This document shows positions 55,597-62,650 of a stretch of DNA of 64,000 nucleotides, piece by piece. Origin of the DNA: a virus; IMG/VR virus record IMGVR_UViG_3300035703_000021, positions 74,863-138,862 of that record; one strand, written 5' to 3'. Every line of letters begins with the position of its first letter. The stretch's first letter is position 1. The position numbers and the translations under genes are program-made. The notes under the pieces are model-generated. The model had not been told where the DNA came from. It did not search any database and saw nothing but the letters and a program-made list of their open reading frames with translations.

Positions 55597-58284
55597 TCAG
55601 AACATGGAATTGAATACGGGGATGAGGTCCTGGACAGAGACCGATCGACCATCCCCCTCGTCCTTCTGCTGCGAGACAGTCTTGGTGCTGGAGTCAGCGG
55701 ACTTTCGGAAGATCTTGTCGATCTCAATAGAGGAGAGCCAGGCGTTGGCCACCGGGAGCTCGTAGATACCGTAATTATACCGCATCCAGGCCCAGCACCA
55801 GGCGTGAGCGACCTGGAAGAGTGCGGCGACTTTCTCGGCCTGGGGCTCTGGGCAGAGGTACAAGATGCTGTCATGGACAGACATGCAGAACTCCGCTTCC
55901 AGCTCGTACTTATCAATCAACCACTCCATAGCGGTCATGAAGGCGTGGAGCATGGCGCTCCCGGTTGATTGAATGCACCAGTTGTTACGCATTGTCCAGA
56001 AGTCAGTTCCGACGCTTGAGGGACGGAAGGCGGTGGACATTTTCGTGCCGCTGAGGGGGTTGATCGGGCAGGGCATGTTGGCGATCCTGGCCATCTCGTT
56101 GTAGGCGTAGGAGTCGGATCCACCGATGAGGGTTTGGGAGAGCCGAGAGGCCTTCTCGCCTTTCTTGATCTTGATGAGTTTCTTGCCCATCTCCATCGCT
56201 TCCTTCATCGGGATGTTCTTGTTACCCTTGCGGATGGTATTGGCCAGGGTCTTGGCGCCGCATCCGTACAACATGCCGTAATTACAGCCCTTAGCAATCG
56301 CCCTGGAGATCCCGATGGCCTTGGCAGTCATCGAGTGCATGTCGCTTCCATCGTCTTTCGATCCCGCGAGGATGGAGTGGGAGAACTGAGTGCTCCCGGC
56401 CACCTTATGGAGTGAGTCGGCGAAGATGGATGCCACGACCGCCTCCTGGGCGTCGAAGTCGGACTCCACGAATACATATCCCTCGGGAGCTTGGACACGA
56501 GTCTTGATCTCACTGCCGATCTTATCGTACTTGGGATCGGGCACGGTCAGCCACAGATTCTCCCCAGCGCGATTGGTTGAGGTGTTGTGGGGAACCGAGG
56601 CGGGAATGATGAGGGCGAATTCCTTGCCATTGGGGGCGAGAACCTGCTCCACGTTCTGCTCCCGGACCCTGGAGCGGACACTCGTCCAGTAGGCGACATT
56701 CACTGCGAGGGAGATGAGCTCTTTCGCCTGCGGGAGGTCAGAGCTGAGAATCCCCGACTCGAAGTCCTCCACGTAATCCTTCGTAAGCACTCCACCGACA
56801 TTGACTCCTTCCCCGTCTTTGTGTGGGATGCGTACGTAATCGCCGCTGTCCTCGTCCTTGAAACACCAGCCCTTATCCGTGAAGAATTTGATAGGCTGGT
56901 CACCCCACTTGAGGCGGAGAAGAAGGTGCGATAGGCGGTTCTTTGTGGAGATACCCTCGATGACGGGTTTGCCATCCACGAGATCCTTGGCGGAGACGCT
57001 TCTCACCCATTTAGGTACTCCGTACCACTTGGAGCTGGGTTTTCCGGCCTTAGTGAGCTTGAAGCTGGCCTCCCAGTCGAGTTGGGAGAGCCACGGATCG
57101 TCCTTGATGTCCTCGTCGGTAAGCTCCCCCTCGTTCCAGGATTGATAGATCTCAGTGGCCATCTTGCCGAGGAGCTCCTCCTGGCGGGCGATGGAATCCT
57201 CCCACTGCTTCTCGCAGTCGGCAAACCACTGATCCCAGTCAGAGACGACGGGGAGCTTGGCAGCGGAGATGCCGAAGTGTCCGGCGAGAGTGGTCAGTGA
57301 CGGGTTGTTTTGAAGGTACTTAAGAACGAGGATCGAGTACAGCTCGAAGGTGATCTTAACGTCATTGAGGGCGTACTTGATCAGATCGTCGCGCTGGGGC
57401 AGAAAGTCCGACATCGACGTGGCATCGACGAAGGTATTCCGGATCTTCTTGTCGTCGGCCTCGAGCGGGATGGCCGGGCGGCAGTGGAAGTTGTAGCAGT
57501 CGATGAGATTATTCATCGAGCCCTTGTCCGCCCAGATCGGGTCGGCCTTGTACATCGACTTCTTCGCCTGTTTCTGAATATACCACCAGCGCTGGCCGGA
57601 GGCGAGGCCGGAAACGTTGATATGCGCCGACATCGTGTCAAACCACGAGTTGGTTTTGCCGAGGACGTACGCTTCGGAGGTTCGGGCTCGGTCGTAGGCA
57701 ACGTTGTGGGCGATGAACACGCCATCCTTAAGCCCCAGATCCACCAGTTTAGGTACGTAGGGAACTCTAGGATTCACAAAACTCTCGTGCATCCAGATGT
57801 AGTAGGCCTTCTCCGTAACAGCGGTGGCCAGGATCGGATGGGCGAAATCGCTTCCTTTGACGAAGGTCTCGCAGTCGAAGACACCGATCTTCTCCTCGAT
57901 ACCATCGACCACTTCGGGAGATCCGTCGAAGGGGTACTTGACCCATCCGGCGTACATGAAGAACTCGGTTTTATCCGGGGCGTCGGGGATCTCGGTGTAG
58001 GCGAAGTCCTTCATCAGGCGGACGCGGGACTCCGTGACCTCCTTCGAGATGGCGTCAAAGTGCTCCTTGATGTTGGAGGCCTGAAGCTCCGGAAGGGAGA
58101 AGTCGTCCAGGAAGAAGTTGTCCGGGTTCTTGACGGGAAAGTTGACTCCGAATCCCTCCATCTCCTCGCGGATATTATCGACTTTCTTGTCAGAAGGGGC
58201 CTTGTAGCCTACGCTATCGCCAAAGACCCTCGAGTTCATGGTGTCCGAGAGGACAACGTAGCCGAGGGAGTTCAGTTTGGACAT
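55597..58284 (-). CDS. Family A DNA polymerase, mitochondrial Pol gamma-like, with 3'-5' exonuclease
   Basis: VFDCET, AHNVAYDRAR, FDTMSAH..SGL, YALNDV, DDPWLSQLDW, IPHKDG..NVG, RAGENLWLT, GSEIK..VQAPEGY.FV.SDFDAQE, ISR..AK..NYG.LYG, RNNWCIQS, SVHD; start ATG 58284. Confidence 0.93.
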   Translation of the reverse strand: MSKLNSLGYVVLSDTMNSRVFGDSVGYKAPSDKKVDNIREEMEGFGVNFPVKNPDNFFLDDFSLPELQASNIKEHFDAISKEVTESRVRLMKDFAYTEIPDAPDKTEFFMYAGWVKYPFDGSPEVVDGIEEKIGVFDCETFVKGSDFAHPILATAVTEKAYYIWMHESFVNPRVPYVPKLVDLGLKDGVFIAHNVAYDRARTSEAYVLGKTNSWFDTMSAHINVSGLASGQRWWYIQKQAKKSMYKADPIWADKGSMNNLIDCYNFHCRPAIPLEADDKKIRNTFVDATSMSDFLPQRDDLIKYALNDVKITFELYSILVLKYLQNNPSLTTLAGHFGISAAKLPVVSDWDQWFADCEKQWEDSIARQEELLGKMATEIYQSWNEGELTDEDIKDDPWLSQLDWEASFKLTKAGKPSSKWYGVPKWVRSVSAKDLVDGKPVIEGISTKNRLSHLLLRLKWGDQPIKFFTDKGWCFKDEDSGDYVRIPHKDGEGVNVGGVLTKDYVEDFESGILSSDLPQAKELISLAVNVAYWTSVRSRVREQNVEQVLAPNGKEFALIIPASVPHNTSTNRAGENLWLTVPDPKYDKIGSEIKTRVQAPEGYVFVESDFDAQEAVVASIFADSLHKVAGSTQFSHSILAGSKDDGSDMHSMTAKAIGISRAIAKGCNYGMLYGCGAKTLANTIRKGNKNIPMKEAMEMGKKLIKIKKGEKASRLSQTLIGGSDSYAYNEMARIANMPCPINPLSGTKMSTAFRPSSVGTDFWTMRNNWCIQSTGSAMLHAFMTAMEWLIDKYELEAEFCMSVHDSILYLCPEPQAEKVAALFQVAHAWCWAWMRYNYGIYELPVANAWLSSIEIDKIFRKSADSSTKTVSQQKDEGDGRSVSVQDLIPVFNSMF

Positions 58285-58307
58285 AGAGAAAGCGTTCGTA
58301 TACAGCA

Positions 58308-58336
58308 ATCATACCACACAGCAAAAGCCCCGTCAA
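58308..58336 (-). promoter_or_regulatory. Sigma70-type promoter of DNA polymerase
   Basis: TTGACG-17 nt-TATGAT with extended TG. Confidence 0.75.
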
Positions 58337-58363
58337 GGGGCGATAGCCGGTTGGCGAGGTGGC

Positions 58364-59011
58364 TTAGTAGTATATGAGGAATTCCTCACGATCCGTGTAG
58401 TACACTCCCACTCCTTCGAAATTGGTGGCGTCGATGATCCTGAGGTTCTTGCGAAAGTACGGGTAGCCGTAATGCCCGAAGAAGTACTCCGCGTCCGGCT
58501 CTATGTGGTCCTCGAGTGGGTCGTTCTTGAACCAGGGGTAACCGATACCGTTGAGGACGTCGTTTCGGTTGGAGTCGGTGTAGTAGGGGTTGTAGTAGGC
58601 GTGGGCGCAGCGATAGGTCCTGCCGTAAGACTCGAATTCCAGGGTAAGAGGGGCCGTGGCTAACCAGTGGAGAAGGTCTAGGCGGTCTTTAAGCCCCATT
58701 TCCTTGAGACACTCGAGCGTGTACTTAACCTCCTTCTGCTTGATATCGCTCTTAGGAAGGACGAGGTTTTTGAGGATGTAGTTCTCGTTGTTGCCGATGA
58801 TAAAGGAGGCTTGACCCTCCTCTGTGAGAGATTTTATCTTGGAAAGCATCCGTGTCGGGGACGAACGTCTCGATCTGCGGAAGAAGGCTTTATGGTGGAT
58901 GGTATCTCCGAGAAAGACGTAGTGGTAGTCAGGTGATCGCTGCAGGATTCTGTCCAGAGTCTCTATACGGCCATGAAGATCACCAATGATGCAGTATTTG
59001 TCAGTACTCAT
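58364..59011 (-). CDS. Calcineurin-like metallophosphoesterase
   Basis: IIGDLHG, VFLGD, GNNE (usually GNHE), CAHA, FFGH. Confidence 0.85.
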   Translation of the reverse strand: MSTDKYCIIGDLHGRIETLDRILQRSPDYHYVFLGDTIHHKAFFRRSRRSSPTRMLSKIKSLTEEGQASFIIGNNENYILKNLVLPKSDIKQKEVKYTLECLKEMGLKDRLDLLHWLATAPLTLEFESYGRTYRCAHAYYNPYYTDSNRNDVLNGIGYPWFKNDPLEDHIEPDAEYFFGHYGYPYFRKNLRIIDATNFEGVGVYYTDREEFLIYY

Positions 59012-59525
59012 CCCGGCCCTCCAGGCAACAGCCAGGTGCCCACCACTTCGGCGACTCGGTTTTCCACACGGCGAATCTCCACTTCATCCAGTTGTAGTAG
59101 TTGCGGTAGGCCTGAACTGCGTCTCCTTCCACCTTGCAGAAGTCGGGCATGGCCTGGGCGGGCTGAGTATATCCGATATCGGGAAACGTCTTGACAACAT
59201 CTTTAATAGAGATGGATTGGAGACTTTTTGCTCCGCTATGTAACTTACCGTAGCGAATGTGAAACTCCTCGCAGAGATGCAGAGTCATTCTCCAGGTCCA
59301 GATAAAATTGGCACTAGACTCCCTCACCCACTTGGTGCATGGGTGGTTTTTGAATGCTCGAACGGAGTAGAAATTACCGTCCTTCTTGCGGGCAGGGTTG
59401 AGACCGTAGTGGGCGAGCGCGACGCTCATCATCTGTAGGTGTTCTATGATCATCTTGTTGACGTGCTTGTCGCAGTGTGCTTCGGCTGCGAGCTTCGGCT
59501 TGTAGTCTAGGACGAAGATGTTCAT
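59001..59525 (-). CDS. Pyrimidine-dimer DNA glycosylase / endonuclease V family-like protein
   Basis: MNIFVLD...AA..HCDKHV.KM..E..QM, NHPCTKW, LCEEF..RYGK.H, QAMPD..K, AYRNYY...K...W...P.W. Confidence 0.75.
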   Translation of the reverse strand: MNIFVLDYKPKLAAEAHCDKHVNKMIIEHLQMMSVALAHYGLNPARKKDGNFYSVRAFKNHPCTKWVRESSANFIWTWRMTLHLCEEFHIRYGKLHSGAKSLQSISIKDVVKTFPDIGYTQPAQAMPDFCKVEGDAVQAYRNYYNWMKWRFAVWKTESPKWWAPGCCLEGRDEY

Positions 59526-59549
59526 ACTAAGAACCCTCTGGATAGTTTG

Positions 59550-59579
59550 ATTCTATCTCAGAGGTGGGGCGGTTGTCAA
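59550..59579 (-). promoter_or_regulatory. Sigma70-type promoter
   Basis: TTGACA-18 nt-TAGAAT upstream of ATG 59525. Confidence 0.7.
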
Positions 59580-59589
59580 GGGCGAGTGG

Positions 59590-59736
59590 TCAGACGTCGT
59601 AGATCAGGCACTCCAACGACTCTGGGTATCTCTTGCAGAAGTCCCACAGTGGAGCTATAGCGCTTTTGGTTTGTGGTTCCGGCTTTACCTCGGTGGCGGT
59701 TGAGGTACGCTCCTGGAGGTTGTCGTCGTGTTCCAT
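59590..59736 (-). CDS. cp12: Truncated CP12-like peptide (48 aa)
   Basis: Not in ORF track; translation ends LWDFCKRYPESLECLIYDV, the CP12 C-terminal C-x3-P-x4-C motif; GTTTAAAG upstream. Confidence 0.75.
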   Translation of the reverse strand: MEHDDNLQERTSTATEVKPEPQTKSAIAPLWDFCKRYPESLECLIYDV

Positions 59737-59767
59737 TGGTGATCTGGCTAGTTTTCTTTAAACCTTA

Positions 59768-59839
59768 TGGGAGATACTGGGATCGAACCAGTGGCCTTTT
59801 CCGTGTAAAGGAACTGCTCTACCGCTGAGCTAATCTCCC
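59768..59839 (-). tRNA. trnV: tRNA-Val(TAC)
   Basis: Cloverleaf; anticodon loop TTTACAC. Confidence 0.9.
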
Positions 59840-59955
59840 TCTTCGAGCTCGTCCTCGTAGCTGCTTGGTTCTTCGAAAAGCTCGCGAAGCTTGAGCCTGT
59901 TGGCCAGCTCCAGTAGCCTGGAAAAATCTTCTTCCTTGGTCAGTTGTTCAGCCAT
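59830..59955 (-). CDS. Small acidic protein (41 aa, MAEQLTKEE...KLRELFEEPSSYEDE..)
   Basis: ATG 59955 just after GTTTAAAG; TAG stop lies at tRNA-Val positions 8-10. Confidence 0.6.
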   Translation of the reverse strand: MAEQLTKEEDFSRLLELANRLKLRELFEEPSSYEDELEEGD

Positions 59956-59977
59956 CGAAGAACTTTAAACTGCTACA

Positions 59978-60059
59978 TGCACGAGAGAGGACTTGAACCT
60001 CCACGTTGTTAAACGGTAGCTTCTAAGGCTACTGTGTCTACCTATTCCACCACTCGTGC
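59978..60059 (-). tRNA. trnL: tRNA-Leu(TAG)
   Basis: Cloverleaf with variable arm; loop CTTAGAA. Confidence 0.9.
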
Positions 60060-60512
60060 TAAGGGAGTTCTGTTAGAGAACGTTGGTGTTTGAGAGTGAC
60101 AATTAGGGCATAATAGCCTTAAATTGTCTACTGTATTATTATAACATTGACCATCGACATGATCAACTTGTAGTTTTAAAAATTTACCATTCCACTCTGA
60201 AGAAATACCACATTCCTGGCAGTTTTCGCCTTTTTCTTGGACCAAAAGTCTAAATATAACGCTCCTTTTGCAGTTTTTACCCTTGTTTTTTGTATACTCA
60301 CTTAATGATAGCCACTTATTATTTCCTCCCAGCTTTCTTATTTTAGCCGTGTAATCAGGCTTATAATCCGGAAGCCATTTGGAAGTTCTGCGTCTAAGTG
60401 TGTCAGGCCTACAGTTTAGTTCTAGGCACAACTCCGTTGGAGTTTTATTGCCAGACAATAGGCTATTTATTATGTAGTCTTTTTTGCTATCAATGTCCTT
60501 TCGTAGTCTCAT
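60042..60512 (-). mobile_element. Free-standing HNH endonuclease in the tRNA array
   Basis: CQECG...WNGK...LQVDHVDG...NN..DNLRLLCPNCHSQT; N-terminal HTH-like segment; visibly AT-richer than flanks. Confidence 0.88.
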
Positions 60513-60557
60513 AATAGTAAACTCTATTAGTCTATAAACTATAAGTCTACCATTAAG

Positions 60558-60630
60558 TGCTCCTTGCGTGGATCGAGCACGCCTCTATCCGATTGTGAGT
60601 CGGGCGCTTTCACCAGATAGCTAAAGGAGC
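60558..60630 (-). tRNA. tRNA with CAC anticodon on an Ile2/Met(CAT)-like body (variant or pseudogene)
   Basis: Loop CTCACAA; T-loop CTCGATC (C54). Confidence 0.7.
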
Positions 60631-60633
60631 TGA

Positions 60634-60726
60634 TAGGGGTGGAGGGACTCGAACCCCCAACCGCGCGGTAATCTGCCGCATACGGAAGGTATAAGCTTCC
60701 CGCTCTGCCAATTGAGCTACACCCCC
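60634..60726 (-). tRNA. trnI: tRNA-Ile(TAT) with long variable arm
   Basis: GGAAG-CTTATAC-CTTCC; V-arm GCGG-CAGATTA-CCGC. Confidence 0.8.
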
Positions 60727-60743
60727 TTATGTGTTACCCGTAT

Positions 60744-60772
60744 ATTATACCAGGTATTAGTAAGTCTGTCTA
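60744..60772 (-). promoter_or_regulatory. Sigma70-type promoter for the distal tRNA/HNH segment
   Basis: TAGACA-17 nt-TATAAT with extended TG. Confidence 0.75.
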
Positions 60773-60918
60773 GAGTCCACGACAAATTCCTCTTTTGTCA
60801 GGAAGTCGTAGACGAGAAAGATGGCGTAGTAGCCTGGAAAGTCCACAAGCACCGATCTCACCCCACCGAGCCTCTCGCACCCGTCTCTGCGAAACCTGAC
60901 GGATCCGAGGAATTTCAC
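60757..60918 (-). CDS. Small hypothetical protein (53 aa)
   Basis: GTGA-coupled to the upstream gene; open to TAA at 60757. Confidence 0.45.
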   Translation of the reverse strand: MKFLGSVRFRRDGCERLGGVRSVLVDFPGYYAIFLVYDFLTKEEFVVDSRQTY

Positions 60919-61367
60919 TGGAATCTCTGCAGTTCCTGGCGAGGCTGATTAACGGAGAACATCTTGCCTAGAACGTCGCTCTCGGCCACGACAAATGTGA
61001 AGAGCATCAACGCCCCGGCTATCAGCCAGCGGTACCTTGAGAGGTCGATGATCTTCTTGTGAGCGTCATCTACGGACTCTTTTACCTCTTTAAGCCCTCC
61101 GTTGAACTTCTCAAGGTCCTGCTTTCTCTGCTCTTTGAGCTCGTCGAGAAGCTTCATGATGGCAGCGTCGGACTGTATGGTTTGATCAAGCCGCTCCTCG
61201 TGGCGAACGAGGATCTTAGCGACGTTCTGATTTGCTTCAGAGATCTTGTCCACTGCCGCCTCGAGTTTGGCTAGCATCTCCTTAGAAAGCTCTTCGTAAA
61301 CATTTAGCTTTTCCTCTAAAACGGCCATCCTTACGTTCGATCCGGAGTCGGGAAGAAAGTTAACCAT
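60915..61367 (-). CDS. Coiled-coil protein with C-terminal transmembrane helix (cyanophage conserved; holin-like architecture)
   Basis: AVLEEKL..YE.LS.EML.KLE.AV.KISE.N..VA.IL.RHEERL; RWLIAGALMLFTFVV TM segment. Confidence 0.7.
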   Translation of the reverse strand: MVNFLPDSGSNVRMAVLEEKLNVYEELSKEMLAKLEAAVDKISEANQNVAKILVRHEERLDQTIQSDAAIMKLLDELKEQRKQDLEKFNGGLKEVKESVDDAHKKIIDLSRYRWLIAGALMLFTFVVAESDVLGKMFSVNQPRQELQRFQ

Positions 61368-61430
61368 TTTTATAAGATGCTATTTAAAATACCAAAAGGT
61401 CTTTCAACACAGATCCCTTCGCGTTTCGCA

Positions 61431-61519
61431 CGGAGAAGGAGGGATTCGAACCCTCGATGGGGGTGAACCCCCATACAGCATTTCCAATGCTGCGCCATCA
61501 ACCACTCGGCCACCTCTCC
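61431..61519 (-). tRNA. trnS: tRNA-Ser(GGA)
   Basis: Long V-arm; loop TTGGAAA; G73. Confidence 0.9.
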
Positions 61520-61522
61520 AGG

Positions 61523-61595
61523 CTGGGGTAGCAGGGCTCGAACCTGCGACAGGACGGTTAACAGCCGTCTGCTCTACCAACTGAGCTATACCCCA
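61523..61595 (-). tRNA. trnN: tRNA-Asn(GTT)
   Basis: Loop CTGTTAA. Confidence 0.92.
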
Positions 61596-61667
61596 AGCCC
61601 CCGACTGGATTTGAACCAGCAATCTTCGCTTTACAAGAGCGCTGCATTACCATTATGCTACAAGGGC
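61596..61667 (-). tRNA. trnT: tRNA-Thr(TGT)
   Basis: Loop CTTGTAA. Confidence 0.9.
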
Positions 61668-61688
61668 ATTATGCCTCATAAGAAGCAA

Positions 61689-61773
61689 CGGAAAGGAGAG
61701 GATTCGAACCTCCGGAGACTTTCATCTCTTTTGTTTTCGAGACAAACGCCTTAAACAACTCGGCCACCTTTCC
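61689..61773 (-). tRNA. trnS: tRNA-Ser(CGA)
   Basis: Loop CTCGAAA; V-arm; D-loop reads TG instead of GG. Confidence 0.85.
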
Positions 61774-61841
61774 AATTTTGATGGAGTAAGTGTGTTATAT
61801 CTTATATATATATATATAACAGGGACTTACCCTCTATCAAT

Positions 61842-61870
61842 AGTATATATGACATTTAATTGAATGTCAA
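61842..61870 (-). promoter_or_regulatory. Sigma70-type promoter overlapped by a palindrome
   Basis: TTGACA-17 nt-TATACT; TGACATT-n6-AATGTCA inverted repeat. Confidence 0.8.
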
Positions 61871-61944
61871 CGTCCTCTGCAGGATTTGAACCTGCGACTT
61901 CTTGGTTCGTAGCCAAGCACTCTATTCCGCTGAGTTAAGAGGAC
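61871..61944 (-). tRNA. trnR: tRNA-Arg(ACG)
   Basis: Loop CTACGAA. Confidence 0.92.
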
Positions 61945-61947
61945 AGG

Positions 61948-62019
61948 CGAAGGGATAGGGACTTGAACCCTAACTAGAACTTTTGGAGAGTTCCGTGCTA
62001 CCAATTACACCATCCCAAC
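61948..62019 (-). tRNA. trnW: tRNA-Trp(CCA)
   Basis: Loop CTCCAAA; two U-U mismatches in acceptor stem. Confidence 0.82.
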
Positions 62020-62021
62020 GG

Positions 62022-62093
62022 GGTGTCGTATGAGAATTGAACTCATCTTTTCTGTTCCACAAACAGATGCCTTAACCACTAGGCTAACGACAC
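62022..62093 (-). tRNA. trnH: tRNA-His(GTG)
   Basis: Loop TTGTGGA; C73. Confidence 0.88.
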
Positions 62094-62094
62094 A

Positions 62095-62166
62095 AGGCAG
62101 TGAGTAGAATCGAACTACCGACATAGAGGGTATGAATCTCTTGTTCTACCACTGAACTACACTGCC
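62095..62166 (-). tRNA. trnM: tRNA-Met(CAT), elongator-type
   Basis: Loop TTCATAC; paired G1-C72. Confidence 0.8.
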
Positions 62167-62168
62167 AA

Positions 62169-62257
62169 CGGAAGTGGTTGGATTTGAACCAACGGTGCCG
62201 ATTACTCGACACGGAATCTTAGCAGGATTCTGCGATAAGCCACTCTGCCACACTTCC
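62169..62257 (-). tRNA. trnS: tRNA-Ser(GCT)
   Basis: Loop CTGCTAA; long V-arm. Confidence 0.9.
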
Positions 62258-62261
62258 TAGG

Positions 62262-62333
62262 TGGAACCGACAAGACTCGAACTTGTGACCGCTCGGTTAT
62301 CAGCCGAGTGCTCTACCACTGAGCTACGGTTCC
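62262..62333 (-). tRNA. trnI: tRNA-Ile(GAT)
   Basis: Loop CTGATAA. Confidence 0.92.
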
Positions 62334-62337
62334 AACG

Positions 62338-62495
62338 TGGGTTGCTGTCTCTTCCCTTTTCCTTTCCCCACTTCGCATCCCCAAGAGATAGGGCAGGGGT
62401 AATTCCGAGTTTGTCACCAAGATTCATAGAGTATGAAGGTTAGCTAGACCTTCCTCTACTTCACTAAAATGTTACTCATATCGGGCAGCAACCCA
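62338..62495 (-). ncRNA. Candidate structured ncRNA A (158 nt)
   Basis: Perfect 10-bp closing stem TGGGTTGCTG/CAGCAACCCA plus internal hairpins; fills the Phe-Ile spacer. Confidence 0.6.
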
Positions 62496-62497
62496 AG

Positions 62498-62571
62498 AGG
62501 GAACAATCGGATTCGAACCGATAACACCACGCTCTTCAGGCGTGTGCTCTACCAGTTGGAGCTATGTTCCC
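62498..62571 (-). tRNA. trnF: tRNA-Phe(GAA)
   Basis: Loop CTGAAGA. Confidence 0.9.
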
Positions 62572-62648
62572 TGGCACCCCGGATTGGACTCTAACCAATG
62601 ACAAACCGCTTAGAAGGCGGATGCTCTATACAACTGAGCTACCGGGGC
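62572..62648 (-). tRNA. trnR: tRNA-Arg(TCT), CCA encoded
   Basis: Loop CTTCTAA; U19/A56 variant. Confidence 0.85.
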
Positions 62649-62650
62649 TT

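Noticed and set aside
57310-58377. 355-aa plus-strand ORF and many similar antisense ORFs (for example 7068-7772, 34150-34824)
   Set aside because: Shadow frames of well-supported genes, caused by codon bias; no RBS or motifs
62338-62495. RNase P RNA (GAGGAAGGTC and ACAAACTCGGAATTA resemble conserved regions)
   Set aside because: The two segments cannot form the P4 helix and the element is too short
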